Position numbers and translations under genes: made by a program. From a virus: a stretch of DNA of 64,000 bases. Of the stretch, positions 19,617 to 30,055 are shown piece after piece. The number at the start of each line of letters is the position of its first letter. Position 1 is the first letter of the stretch. The stretch lies in IMG/VR virus record IMGVR_UViG_3300025005_000002, positions 114,009 through 178,008 of that record; one strand, given 5' to 3'. The notes beneath the pieces are model-generated. The model was given only the letters and a program-made list of their open reading frames with translations. It was not told the origin of the DNA and did no database searches.

Positions 19617-20667
19617 TAAGAGGAAAATATTATATGTTCTCGCCGACAGCCAGGGATGTGGACATTACCGTTGTCTTCTCCCGGCTTGGTATTTGCAGAT
19701 GATAACAGACACATATCATACTACATGTTCCTGGGAGTTGTCATTAGCTGACATGTATTGTTATGATATGATTATATTTCAGCGGCATTTTGAAGATAAG
19801 GTTAAACCGTTATGGGACGCAGCCAAAGATTCTGGAGTAATTATGGTATATGAAACGGATGATGACTTTTTTAATATCCGCCCAATAAACCCTGCGTATA
19901 AGTTTATACACAATAATGAAAAACAAAATGTTAGAAATTTTATGAAGATGGCAGATGCTGTAGTGGTATCTACTGAGCACCTAAAGAATCAGATGAAGTG
20001 TTATAATAAGAATATTTATGTGATACCAAATATGGTTGAAGTGAATAAGGATTTTATTGCTCAACGGCCATATGATTACAGTAAAGAAATTCGTATCGTA
20101 TATGCTGGTGGACCATCGCATGGTGATGATTTTAGGGGGATGGAGGCGTCTATAGTTAAATTACTTGATGAATTTGGTGATAAAATTAAAGTGTTTTTTA
20201 TGGGGTGGGTACCAGAATGTTTGAAAGAAGAGAAACGTATCATACAAATACCTTGGCTAAAGATTGGTGAGTATCTCCATACTTTGGCTAGTATACAGCC
20301 ACATATTGGTATTTGTCCTCTGGAAGAAAATATTTTTAATAGAAGTAAAAGTAATATGAAATGGCTTGAATATACAGCAGTGGGTGCGGTTACTGTTGCT
20401 TCCAATGTGTTACCATACCAAGAGGTTATTACTTCTGGGATTAATGGTGTGTTAGTTGATGGTCAAAGGTCACGTGATTGGTGCCATGCATTGGAGGATT
20501 TAATCAATAATCCAGATAAGATTAAACCAATGGTAACTGGTGCAGTACAAGTTATGGAAGAGAAACAATTAAATATTGTAACTAGTCCAATACTTTCGAA
20601 TGTCATTGGTACGATATTTAATAATGTGGCCGCAATGAGGGAACAAAAGAGAAAGAAGGCATCTTAG
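19600..20667 (+). CDS. GT-B fold glycosyltransferase (GT4-like)
   Basis: GCGHYRC, YETDDD, STEHL, FNRSKSNMKWLEY, ASNVLPY. Confidence 0.82.
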   Translation: MQKRTNKRKILYVLADSQGCGHYRCLLPAWYLQMITDTYHTTCSWELSLADMYCYDMIIFQRHFEDKVKPLWDAAKDSGVIMVYETDDDFFNIRPINPAYKFIHNNEKQNVRNFMKMADAVVVSTEHLKNQMKCYNKNIYVIPNMVEVNKDFIAQRPYDYSKEIRIVYAGGPSHGDDFRGMEASIVKLLDEFGDKIKVFFMGWVPECLKEEKRIIQIPWLKIGEYLHTLASIQPHIGICPLEENIFNRSKSNMKWLEYTAVGAVTVASNVLPYQEVITSGINGVLVDGQRSRDWCHALEDLINNPDKIKPMVTGAVQVMEEKQLNIVTSPILSNVIGTIFNNVAAMREQKRKKAS

Positions 20668-23600
20668 TGCAAAATTTTATACATACCCACTGCCATAGTT
20701 CATATTCACTAATGGATGGGGTCACTTCCCCGGCTAAGATGGTAGCACATGCTAAGAAACTTGGGTTCCAGGGTTTGTGTCTCACCGATCATGGTAATAT
20801 CTTTGGTGCCATACCATTTTATGAGGCATGTAAAGAACAAGGGTTGAAATGTGGTATTGGTATTGAGGGGTATGTGTCTAAGGAGAGGAAATTTGAAGGA
20901 CGGGAGAAACTTGGACATATAGTGTTAATAGCCAAAAATATGGTGGGGTATAAGAATCTTATTAAGATTGTATCAGATGCCTTTGAAAATTTTTATTATA
21001 AACCTAGAATGTCGTTGGATGTTATTGCTAGGTTTAGTGAGGGGATTATTTGTTCAACTGCTTGTTTGCATGGATTGATTGCTAGGGATGTGTATGATGA
21101 TAAGGCTGATGAAGCGGTTGCAACATTAAAACGATTGCGGTCTATATTTAATAATGATCTTTATGTTGAGGTGATGGAAACGGGGGTTAAGGGGCAAGGT
21201 GGTTGGGCAGATCTGATGTTAGAAATGGCGGAGAAATTTAAGATTAAACCAATTATTACTAATGATATACACTATTTAAATAAGGATGATGCTGAAATAC
21301 AAGATGCAATGGTTGCATTACAATTTGGAACGCATATTTTGGATAGGAAACGTGGTGTTGTTTATGGTGACTGGCCAGACGATGTGAGTAAACCATCAAT
21401 TTTGAATGCTGAATATTATATGAAGACTCGTGGTGAGTTGGAGAAATTTGCTTCCAATATCCCAAAAGTAGCATTTGATAATACAATGGAGATTTGTGAG
21501 AAATTAGAAGATTATAATATTGAGTTTAAGACTGGTAAATATATGCCAGAACTGCCTAAGTCGTTTTTACCGGCAAACATAGAGACTAATGATGAATACT
21601 TAAAGACGCTTGCTTATGATGGGCTAAAAAGTAAAGGTATAGATACACAAGAGTATAGAGATAGGTTGGAGTATGAGTTAGGTGTAATATCAAAACTTAA
21701 TTTTTCTTCATATTTTTTAATCCTTGGTATTGTTATAAAGGAGGTACGTAAGCGTGGTATTTTAGTTGGACCAGGAAGAGGTTCGGCAGGAGGCAGTTTA
21801 ACTTTATTTGCTCTTGGGATATCGGGTGTAGATCCAATAAAATACAAGCTTATGTTTGAGCGGTTCTTAAACTCTAGTCGTATTGATCTGCCTGATGTTG
21901 ATATAGATTTTGAGCAACGAAGGAGACCAGAGGTTATTGATATTGTACAGCAAATTTTTGGAGCTGATAAAGTTTCTAAGCTCGCAATATTTAACAATAT
22001 GACAACCAAATTGGCGATTAGAGAAGCTTTGCGGGCCATTGAACCAAATCGTAAAAGAGTAGATGAGCTTATAAAGGATCTTGGTGGTTTAGATGAACTG
22101 GAGCCTAAAGAGTTATTTGAGGAGACTGCAAAGAGAGAAGAAGAAGGTGTAATGGTTGTCATGGATAAGATGCGGGCATTTAAATCCCCTCGAGCGGGTA
22201 AGAGTTGGTATGATTTCGCTGCTGGGCTGTCTGGCAATCCTAAGGCTGTATCGATCCATGCATCTGGGGTTATAATTTCTAAGGATAGGTTTAGTGATAT
22301 AGTACCAACATTTAGGGTGAATAGAGAGTCAGAGACGGCATTGATGTGTGATATGTATGTATCGTCAAAACTTGGGTTGGTTAAATTTGATTTGCTTGGT
22401 TTGACTACCCTTGATATTATTAAGATAACTTGCGAAATGATTAAAGAGAACCATGGCATAGATATTGATCCTTATGCCTTGCCGTTTGATGACCAAAAAA
22501 CGTTTGCGTTATTTCAGGCTGGGAATACATGTAGAGTATTTCAAGCTGAAGGAGATGGGTTCACCAATATGATGAAGGGATTGGTCCCAACCGAGTTCGA
22601 ACATATTATTGCTATGAATGCCCTTTATAGGCCAGGGGCTTTGGCTTATGATGAAGCGATTAAAATGTCAGCCGCTGAAAAATATATAAGGACTAAAAAT
22701 GGTTTAATACCCCCAACCAAGATTGATCCATGTATTGATGATGTACTTGCACCTACGCACTATATGATGCTTTTCCAAGAGCAGATTATGGAAATTGCAC
22801 GGCGTGTAGCTGGGTATACTATGGCAGAAGCCGATCACCTACGTAAGGTTATTGGTAAGAAATTGGTTAAAGAGATTGATGATGAAGGTGACAAGTTTGT
22901 CGCAGGTGCTATTAAAAACGGAAAGAGCAAGGAATTTGCTGAATATATTTTTGGCCTTATTAAGCCATCAGCAAGGTATCTCTGGAATAGAGCACATTCT
23001 GCAGCATATGGAGTCATCACTTACATCACGGCATACTTAAAGGCTCATTATCCCGTAGAATTTATGTGCGCTAACCTTATAATGACTGATGCTGATCAAG
23101 CAAAGGTTATCATTGCTGATTGTAAGAAACTTGGAATCAAAATTTCAAGACCTGATGTTAATAAGTCTAAACTGTCATTTTCTGCTTCTGGTGATACTAT
23201 ATACATAGGTTTGTCTTCTATCAAAGGCATCGGTGAGACTTCTGCTGGTGCATTAATCTCTGAACGCAATAAAAATGGTGAATATAGATCATTTGCCGAT
23301 TTTATTAATAGAAATCGTAGTGTGCCATCTAATCAAGTTACTCAATTAGCATTGGCTGGTGGATTCTCATTTGATAAGAGTATAAATAGGAAGGATATAA
23401 TAGAGAATATAGCAGAGATTAAGAAGTATATACGAGTAAAGAGCCTTTCTCCAAAGGTTGTAATGAGTAGATATACTACTGCTAGTGAGTTTGATAAGCC
23501 AGCATATAAAAAGGCAATAGAAACTGGGTTCCTTGGTTTGGAGTTGCCTGATGATATAATTTCGGTCCCATGGTTTAAGAAGCAAGTTGAGTATGATTTG

Positions 23601-24203
23601 TCGGAGATATTAGAGATTGAATCGGAAGTAATAGGGCTTTTAGATGTTGATTCGGTGTTAGATATATATCAAGCATTAGCCGATTCGGTTGGGGCTATTT
23701 CACTTACCAAGGCATTAACATTACCAACACAATCAGTTGTTTATATTTATGGAATTAATGGTGGGGTGGAGGTTATTTATCCAAAGAAAGATCAAACATG
23801 GAGTAAATTTGGGTCGGTGGCTGTGATTGATAGGGAGGGGCTCCATCAGAGGAATATAAATATTAATACAGAAGATTTGGATGATAATGTGGTGAGTGGG
23901 GTTAATTATGGGTGTATTAAGACTTCTCTTAACAAGAAGTTTATCCCAATTATTGTAAAGGGTATTGTAAAATATAGTAATAAGCGTGGTAAGGGGTTAA
24001 CTTTGGTAGGGAAGCCCACATTGCCACAGCAAGGGATTAAGGTTAAAAATATTGGATTTATGAAGGCCCCATCTATGATGGATAAGATAATTATTAGTAA
24101 AGTTTGTGGAGACCTTGGGAGTATCGATATACTTACTAATGATATAATTAAATCGCTCGTGGGTATAGTGGGACCGACAATATTTGCGAATATACGGGAG
24201 TAA
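20667..24203 (+). CDS. dnaE: DNA polymerase III alpha subunit (family C)
   Basis: PHP HTHCHSSYSLMDG and LTDHGN; GPGRGSAGG; catalytic PDVDIDF; KFDLLGL; NRAHSAAY. Confidence 0.96.
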   Translation: MQNFIHTHCHSSYSLMDGVTSPAKMVAHAKKLGFQGLCLTDHGNIFGAIPFYEACKEQGLKCGIGIEGYVSKERKFEGREKLGHIVLIAKNMVGYKNLIKIVSDAFENFYYKPRMSLDVIARFSEGIICSTACLHGLIARDVYDDKADEAVATLKRLRSIFNNDLYVEVMETGVKGQGGWADLMLEMAEKFKIKPIITNDIHYLNKDDAEIQDAMVALQFGTHILDRKRGVVYGDWPDDVSKPSILNAEYYMKTRGELEKFASNIPKVAFDNTMEICEKLEDYNIEFKTGKYMPELPKSFLPANIETNDEYLKTLAYDGLKSKGIDTQEYRDRLEYELGVISKLNFSSYFLILGIVIKEVRKRGILVGPGRGSAGGSLTLFALGISGVDPIKYKLMFERFLNSSRIDLPDVDIDFEQRRRPEVIDIVQQIFGADKVSKLAIFNNMTTKLAIREALRAIEPNRKRVDELIKDLGGLDELEPKELFEETAKREEEGVMVVMDKMRAFKSPRAGKSWYDFAAGLSGNPKAVSIHASGVIISKDRFSDIVPTFRVNRESETALMCDMYVSSKLGLVKFDLLGLTTLDIIKITCEMIKENHGIDIDPYALPFDDQKTFALFQAGNTCRVFQAEGDGFTNMMKGLVPTEFEHIIAMNALYRPGALAYDEAIKMSAAEKYIRTKNGLIPPTKIDPCIDDVLAPTHYMMLFQEQIMEIARRVAGYTMAEADHLRKVIGKKLVKEIDDEGDKFVAGAIKNGKSKEFAEYIFGLIKPSARYLWNRAHSAAYGVITYITAYLKAHYPVEFMCANLIMTDADQAKVIIADCKKLGIKISRPDVNKSKLSFSASGDTIYIGLSSIKGIGETSAGALISERNKNGEYRSFADFINRNRSVPSNQVTQLALAGGFSFDKSINRKDIIENIAEIKKYIRVKSLSPKVVMSRYTTASEFDKPAYKKAIETGFLGLELPDDIISVPWFKKQVEYDLSEILEIESEVIGLLDVDSVLDIYQALADSVGAISLTKALTLPTQSVVYIYGINGGVEVIYPKKDQTWSKFGSVAVIDREGLHQRNININTEDLDDNVVSGVNYGCIKTSLNKKFIPIIVKGIVKYSNKRGKGLTLVGKPTLPQQGIKVKNIGFMKAPSMMDKIIISKVCGDLGSIDILTNDIIKSLVGIVGPTIFANIRE

Positions 24204-24204
24204 T

Positions 24205-24408
24205 ATGCCAAAGACAATAGTTACTGGGGCAATGAATGTTAGTGTTGATGTGCGTGAGGTTATGAATAGTTATGTGTGTAATAAAGTTGGGATAGGGGAG
24301 GGGCAGTATGCAGATCCAAAATTTGCACTAGATGATTTAGGGGCTATGCTTGTTTCTCTTGGAAAAGATAGGGGGATCAAAATTAAAGTAGTGATAGACC
24401 ATAAATGA
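24205..24408 (+). CDS. Hypothetical protein
   Basis: GGGAG RBS before ATG 24205. Confidence 0.5.
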   Translation: MPKTIVTGAMNVSVDVREVMNSYVCNKVGIGEGQYADPKFALDDLGAMLVSLGKDRGIKIKVVIDHK

Positions 24409-25439
24409 AAATCCTCATAGTTGGAGACATCCACATTGATGGAAATTGGACCGAAGATACTGATGAAGTTTTGTCTAAAATAACCGGGTTTGCGTATGGA
24501 TGTGAGAAAGTTATTCTCCTTGGGGACATATATCATCGTAGGGATGTACAAAAGGGAGGGAAAGAAGAAGCCAGATTTCATAGATTTTTGGGGTCTTTAC
24601 CAAGAGAAGCCGAGATTCATATATTAACTGGTAATCATGATCTATCTGATGAGCGCAATCTATTGGCGGAAGTCAAAACCTTTCCATTTATTCAAAGGAT
24701 ATATTTATATGATGAACTGAGCATACCATTTTCTATTGGTGACAAATTAGCCGTAATGTTGCCATGGGAAGTTCATCGTAGGACTGATACTGTTGAATGG
24801 TTTAAATCTAAGTGTGAATATTTAAAAACACTCAATGAAAAGTTTATATTATTTGCACATCTGCCGTTGATTGAGGCCAAGTTTAATAATACTAAAATGA
24901 TTAGTAATCAAGCAAAGAATTTCCCTTCAGTTAAATTATTAGAAGCGATACCAAATTTTGAGTTTGCATTTCTTGGTGATATTCATTTACCACAAGATGT
25001 TGGTCATCGTGCAATATATGTTGGAGGGATTAGAAATATAAATTTTGCAGAAAATGGCGATAAACGGGTTATATTGTTTGATACAGATAAAATGGTTGGT
25101 ACCAATTTATGGCTTGGTTGCAGGGATACGTATATGGCTGATATTAAGATGGCCGACCTTAAGGGTTTATTATTAGATCCAATACTTACCAATAAAATGG
25201 TAAAATTGAAGGTGCACTGTACACAGGAGGAATATGAAAGAGGGATAGAATTAATAGATCATAAGGCGTATGATCTAAAAATAGATTATGAGATACAGGG
25301 TAAAAAAGAGTTTAAAAGCCTCGATATAACTGATGATGACCGTATGTTTTATATGTATTGTGATACATTGTCTGGGAAGTATGGTGTCAATATAATAGAT
25401 AAAGTTAAAATTATTGGTAGGGATATTATTAATGGATGA
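24405..25439 (+). CDS. sbcD: SbcD/Mre11-like nuclease
   Basis: GDIH, LGD, GNHD, AHL, GDIH phosphoesterase motifs; adjacent to an SMC-like ATPase. Confidence 0.88.
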   Translation: MKILIVGDIHIDGNWTEDTDEVLSKITGFAYGCEKVILLGDIYHRRDVQKGGKEEARFHRFLGSLPREAEIHILTGNHDLSDERNLLAEVKTFPFIQRIYLYDELSIPFSIGDKLAVMLPWEVHRRTDTVEWFKSKCEYLKTLNEKFILFAHLPLIEAKFNNTKMISNQAKNFPSVKLLEAIPNFEFAFLGDIHLPQDVGHRAIYVGGIRNINFAENGDKRVILFDTDKMVGTNLWLGCRDTYMADIKMADLKGLLLDPILTNKMVKLKVHCTQEEYERGIELIDHKAYDLKIDYEIQGKKEFKSLDITDDDRMFYMYCDTLSGKYGVNIIDKVKIIGRDIING

Positions 25440-25755
25440 TAATAACGGGTTTAGGGATAAAGTAATCGCTATGTATGAACATAGGCAGGCATTTGGATGC
25501 CCTACTATGAAATGCAAGTCTTTACAAGATACCATTTTAAAAGAAAGTAATGATAATACATATGAATTATGTTTAAGTATAAGTGTCCTATTATTTTTAA
25601 ATAATATAGAAATCAATGATGGGGTATTGGGTGATATGGCTGCATTGGTATATAGAAATAATATAAAATATGGCATAAAATGTGCTTCTACTTCATTTGA
25701 AATATGCCAGGCATGTGCGGTAAGCAAATTAATTAATAATAAGGATGTACAATAG
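25432..25755 (+). CDS. Hypothetical protein
   Basis: ORF between sbcD and sbcC with overlapping start and stop codons. Confidence 0.45.
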   Translation: MDDNNGFRDKVIAMYEHRQAFGCPTMKCKSLQDTILKESNDNTYELCLSISVLLFLNNIEINDGVLGDMAALVYRNNIKYGIKCASTSFEICQACAVSKLINNKDVQ

Positions 25756-27905
25756 TGAGGCTTATACTTAATAATTTTTTATCATATGGGGACAATGTTG
25801 TTGTGGACATTTCTCCTGGGGTTACGTTAATCCGTGGAGATAATGGTGTTGGTAAATCTGGGTTACTGGAGGCATTCACATATGCTATCTGGGGTAAAGC
25901 ACGCGGAACTTCTGAGTTTCCTGGTGGAGATCACCTTATACGTGATAGCAATAGAAATATGTCTGTGGAACTTGGATTATCCTCGTCCAATCAAGTTAAA
26001 ATCACTCGTGGTCGTGATGATCTTGCTACTAATCTTTCTATTAATTTATGTGGTGCGGATCAACAATTTGTTACTTTAGATGGTGGCGAGAAGATAATCA
26101 ATAATATAGTTGGTATGGGGTATGATACATTTGTTAAGACTGCATATTTTCAACAAGGTAAAGATAAGGCATTTTCCGAATTAACATCTACAGAATCACG
26201 CAAAAAAGTTGTTGAAATGCTTGGATTAGATCGTTGGCAAGAGAAGCAAGCAATAGCATCGAAAAAATTAGATGAGATTAAAAAACAAATTACAAAATAT
26301 AAGATTATTATGGATAGTATAGATAATAAGGTTTTAACTGCTGAAATAGAGCAGGCTACCACAGAGACCAAAGATACACAAAATAAGATTAATATTGCTG
26401 GGCTTGAATTAGAGATTACTAAAAATATGTTAACTAGTGCCCGATTTAATGCGTCAGCATTATCAGATAAAATTAGTGCTATAAGTGCTCAGGTTGCATT
26501 GGAAGAGGAAAAGCGGAAAGCATTAACTATTGTTAAGCTAGAGATTGAAGATTATTCGCAAAAAATGTGGAATCTTAGGAAACAGTTAAAGGTTAATGTT
26601 GATAGGGGCATTGCTATCAATATTAATATGAAAGCATTGCAAGAGCAGATAGATAGGGTAGATATTGGGGTCATAGTGGAGCTCCAAGAAAGAGATCGGG
26701 TGACGTTAATATCGCATCGAAATGTTTTATTAAATAAGAAAGATGCTTTAAGAGATATGACTAATCAAATATCAACCATGGAGAAGCAGAGAGATAACTT
26801 AACCACATGTGGGATGGAATGCCCAGTGTTGGGTACTAAATGTGAAATGTTGGGGCAAGATAGATTACAAGAGAGAGTCAAAAAAATAAATGAAGATATT
26901 GCCTATATGACTATTGACATGCTTAGTTTGGGGGAAGACATAAATAAACTGCAGCTTAAAATTTCTATATATGAAGCCAACATAAATAAATATGAGAATA
27001 TAAAGACTGATTATGCTACAAATGTATCGAAATTAGATGGGCTTGCTTTAGAGCGCAAGGGGATTGATGAATTAATTACTTCAACTAAATCAAATGTTGA
27101 TAATATTAATACTTTAATGCAAAATACTAATATTAAATATGCTTCGGTATCAACAGAATTAGAACAAATAAAGACTGGGATGATTACGGTTGTTAATCTT
27201 AGACAAGAGTATACCAAGGTTAATGCTGATGTTTCCACATTAGAGAAAGAGTTAAAAGGTAGAGAAGATGATATTAAAAAATTAAATAATACTATAGCTT
27301 CAGATGAGGCCAAGATAAAAATAAATACAGGGAAATTAAAAGAATTTGATAAATTTTCTTCTCTCTGTGATGGGTGTATTAATGAACAACATATATATGA
27401 CATATTAACTATAGCATTTGGCCCAAATGGTGTACCAGCTATGCAGATAGAGGCTATGAAGGATCAGATTGAGGTATTGGCTAATAATATACTGCAGTAT
27501 GGTGGGCAGAAATTGTCAGTGTCGATACTTTTAAAGGAACCGAAGAAATCAGGAGATGGTGTAAAAGATGTATTTAAGATCTTGGTAAAGACTGGAGATA
27601 GGGTAATTCCCCTATTTAGGCTCTCTGGTGGGGAGGCTTATTGGGTTGATCTTAGTGTCCGTGCAGCATTGTTTCTTGTGTGGCGTGTGCGAAACCCAGA
27701 TAATATATTAGATATTTTAATGATAGATGAAGGGCTTGGTAAGATAGATGATGGGAAACGTAGGATATTGGTAGATGTACTTAAATATTTATCTACTAAG
27801 GTAAAACGAGTACTCGTCATAACTCATACGGATCTTAAAAATTTGGTGGATGAGTTTGATAATGTGATCACAGTTAGTAAAATTGATGGTGTGAGTACGG
27901 TATAA
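25755..27905 (+). CDS. sbcC: SbcC/Rad50-like SMC ATPase
   Basis: Walker A GDNGVGKS, YFQQ Q-loop, long coiled coil, LSGGE signature, LMIDEGLG Walker B, ITH. Confidence 0.9.
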   Translation: MRLILNNFLSYGDNVVVDISPGVTLIRGDNGVGKSGLLEAFTYAIWGKARGTSEFPGGDHLIRDSNRNMSVELGLSSSNQVKITRGRDDLATNLSINLCGADQQFVTLDGGEKIINNIVGMGYDTFVKTAYFQQGKDKAFSELTSTESRKKVVEMLGLDRWQEKQAIASKKLDEIKKQITKYKIIMDSIDNKVLTAEIEQATTETKDTQNKINIAGLELEITKNMLTSARFNASALSDKISAISAQVALEEEKRKALTIVKLEIEDYSQKMWNLRKQLKVNVDRGIAININMKALQEQIDRVDIGVIVELQERDRVTLISHRNVLLNKKDALRDMTNQISTMEKQRDNLTTCGMECPVLGTKCEMLGQDRLQERVKKINEDIAYMTIDMLSLGEDINKLQLKISIYEANINKYENIKTDYATNVSKLDGLALERKGIDELITSTKSNVDNINTLMQNTNIKYASVSTELEQIKTGMITVVNLRQEYTKVNADVSTLEKELKGREDDIKKLNNTIASDEAKIKINTGKLKEFDKFSSLCDGCINEQHIYDILTIAFGPNGVPAMQIEAMKDQIEVLANNILQYGGQKLSVSILLKEPKKSGDGVKDVFKILVKTGDRVIPLFRLSGGEAYWVDLSVRAALFLVWRVRNPDNILDILMIDEGLGKIDDGKRRILVDVLKYLSTKVKRVLVITHTDLKNLVDEFDNVITVSKIDGVSTV

Positions 27906-27916
27906 AGGAGGTATAA

Positions 27917-28141
27917 ATGGTCTGGAAATATCGCAGGAGGATAGTTAAGATATTAAACGGTGTAGAGATTGATATCGCTGGATTGTGTGAAATTAAAGAA
28001 GGTGATTTATTTAAGATGTATAACGATGGGGACCAATTGGATGATGATTATACAACTGGTAGGATTTGGATTGCCAGATCAAATCCAATCCCAAGTAAAG
28101 AATATGATTTATTGTACGAAATACAGGGAGAAGCAATGTGA
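27917..28141 (+). CDS. Hypothetical protein
   Basis: AAGGAGGT RBS. Confidence 0.5.
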   Translation: MVWKYRRRIVKILNGVEIDIAGLCEIKEGDLFKMYNDGDQLDDDYTTGRIWIARSNPIPSKEYDLLYEIQGEAM

Positions 28142-28680
28142 TGTGTACTGGGAATATTATTGAGTTTGGGTGTAAGGTTATCACTGAGGAACTTGTTTTT
28201 AATAAAACAATTTTAGATGTTGGTGCGTATGATGTTAATGGATCTTTGAAAGATATGGTAATGAAGTTTAATCCGAGATTATATGTTGGGGTTGATATAA
28301 GAGAAGGACCCAATGTTGATATTGTGTGTGATATATCTGATATAGAACATCTATTTGAGATGGAATCATTTGATGTGGTTATATGTACGGAAGTGTTGGA
28401 GCATGTGGAAAATTGGCGTGTTGCCATAGATAATTTAAGGCAGGTAGTAAAATCAGGTGGGTTTATTCTAATAACAGTTCCTACTATTGGGTTCCCTTAT
28501 CATGGGTATCCTAATGATTACTGGCGGTTTACATTAGATAATTTCAGAGACATATTTAGTGATTTTGATTGGATTGCATGGCAGCAGCATAATGACCCAG
28601 GTATTTGTATATTAATTCGTAAACCAATCGGGTATCAATATACGCTTACGTCAAGTACTATGGAGGTTGCGCGTGTTTGA
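28138..28680 (+). CDS. Class I SAM-dependent methyltransferase
   Basis: ILDVGA, GVDI..GPNVD, CTEVLEHV, HGYPNDYWRF. Confidence 0.88.
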   Translation: MMCTGNIIEFGCKVITEELVFNKTILDVGAYDVNGSLKDMVMKFNPRLYVGVDIREGPNVDIVCDISDIEHLFEMESFDVVICTEVLEHVENWRVAIDNLRQVVKSGGFILITVPTIGFPYHGYPNDYWRFTLDNFRDIFSDFDWIAWQQHNDPGICILIRKPIGYQYTLTSSTMEVARV

Positions 28681-28885
28681 TTGGAAGCAATTTAGTATTT
28701 ATTTATTTAGATGGCAACTATCAACTATTACTCTAGCCCCGTGTATTTATTATTTGAATCCAAGAATAGGGGCTATTTTCTCTACAATTATTGCCAATTT
28801 TGTTGGTGGTGTGATATTCTATTTTGTGGATAAATATTTAATATTTAAGGAGGGAAATAATGCCAGTGTCAAAATTCAATCTTAA
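28673..28885 (+). CDS. Small two-TM GtrA-like membrane protein
   Basis: GGAGG RBS before GTG 28673; RWQLST...IIANFVGGVIFYFVDKYLIF resembles half of a GtrA domain. Confidence 0.5.
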   Translation: MFDWKQFSIYLFRWQLSTITLAPCIYYLNPRIGAIFSTIIANFVGGVIFYFVDKYLIFKEGNNASVKIQS

Positions 28886-29222
28886 TAAGTATTTTGATTT
28901 TAAGGGTATTATTGCTATGGTTGTTGGGCTTTCTGTATTAATCGGGTCAGTCCTTGGAGTAAATGCATATTTTGCAAAGGATCGAGAGTTTAAAGCATAT
29001 GTAGTTTCTGTGGATCGGAGATTTGCTGAGTCAGACACCAGGTTACTAATATATCAGGCGGAGCAATCGAAATCTTATGTACAGGAAAAGATATGGAAAG
29101 TACAAGATAGGGTGGAGCAAAAGCCTGGTGATATCGAATCTAAACATAAGTTACGTGAATTACAAAATGAAAAAGAGGAACTAGATATTAGGATACAAGA
29201 TTTGAAGAATGGCAAACAGTAA
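28860..29222 (+). CDS. Single-TM coiled-coil protein
   Basis: AGGAGG RBS; one hydrophobic helix followed by a charged coiled coil. Confidence 0.55.
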   Translation: MPVSKFNLNKYFDFKGIIAMVVGLSVLIGSVLGVNAYFAKDREFKAYVVSVDRRFAESDTRLLIYQAEQSKSYVQEKIWKVQDRVEQKPGDIESKHKLRELQNEKEELDIRIQDLKNGKQ

Positions 29223-30055
29223 TGGAAATATCTGGGTCAATGTTTATACACAATGCAATTAAGCAAGATTATTGTATTGAGGCAGTAGCCGCTAGTTTTT
29301 CTGATTTATGTGAGGAAGTGATTATCCTGGATGCGGAAAGTGATGATGATACTGTCGATTTATTATATGAGATAGCAAAAAAATATAATAATGTTAAGGT
29401 TCATACTGGGGCAAAATGGGCATGCGAGAGACCTGGGCGTAGTGGGTATGATAGGTATGCAGTATTAGCTGATCAAGCCAGGGCTCTAACAAGACATCAA
29501 ATACATTTTATGATACAAGCAGATGAGGTTTTGCACGAAGATTCAATTCCAATTATATATAATTCTTTAATTAGTGATCCAAGAACATCATATGCAATTG
29601 CTAGGTATAATATATTCGGTAGTCCAGACAAATACTTAAGGTTTGATTCAAAACAACTTACTGGGCACGAACAGCCATGCAGTATTTGGCCAATAAGGTT
29701 GGGCGATAGGGGGCTTGTTGCATTAGGGGATGCAGAGAGTATTACTCCTGGTAATAAGCCTGGTAGGTTACCCGTTGATGCGTGTTTATTCCATTATTGC
29801 CATGTTAGAGATTTAAGGAAACAACTAGATAGGGTGTCGGCTATCCAAGATTGGTTCTTTAGTAATACCGGTAGTGGTGGGGAGGTTGATAAAAGGATAG
29901 TTGAGCAAAAAGCAACTACTGGGTATTTTGATGCTCGTGTGTGGTATCCAGATGATCGGTGTTTTATCCCAATCCCTAAACCGCATCCAAAATGTGCATT
30001 ACCATGGGTTGAAAAACAACGTAAGCAATTTGAGGAGATATTTGGCAATGGATAA
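29222..30055 (+). CDS. Glycosyltransferase family 2-like
   Basis: IHNAI..DYC, ILDAESDDDT, QADEVL (DxD-like), FHYCHVR. Confidence 0.78.
   Translation: MEISGSMFIHNAIKQDYCIEAVAASFSDLCEEVIILDAESDDDTVDLLYEIAKKYNNVKVHTGAKWACERPGRSGYDRYAVLADQARALTRHQIHFMIQADEVLHEDSIPIIYNSLISDPRTSYAIARYNIFGSPDKYLRFDSKQLTGHEQPCSIWPIRLGDRGLVALGDAESITPGNKPGRLPVDACLFHYCHVRDLRKQLDRVSAIQDWFFSNTGSGGEVDKRIVEQKATTGYFDARVWYPDDRCFIPIPKPHPKCALPWVEKQRKQFEEIFGNG

Noticed and set aside
29901-30047. Long N-terminal extensions given by the ORF track (also 887-970, 7331-7375, 8388-8420)
   Set aside because: Downstream ATGs have good RBSs and stop/start coupling; the extensions overlap upstream genes.
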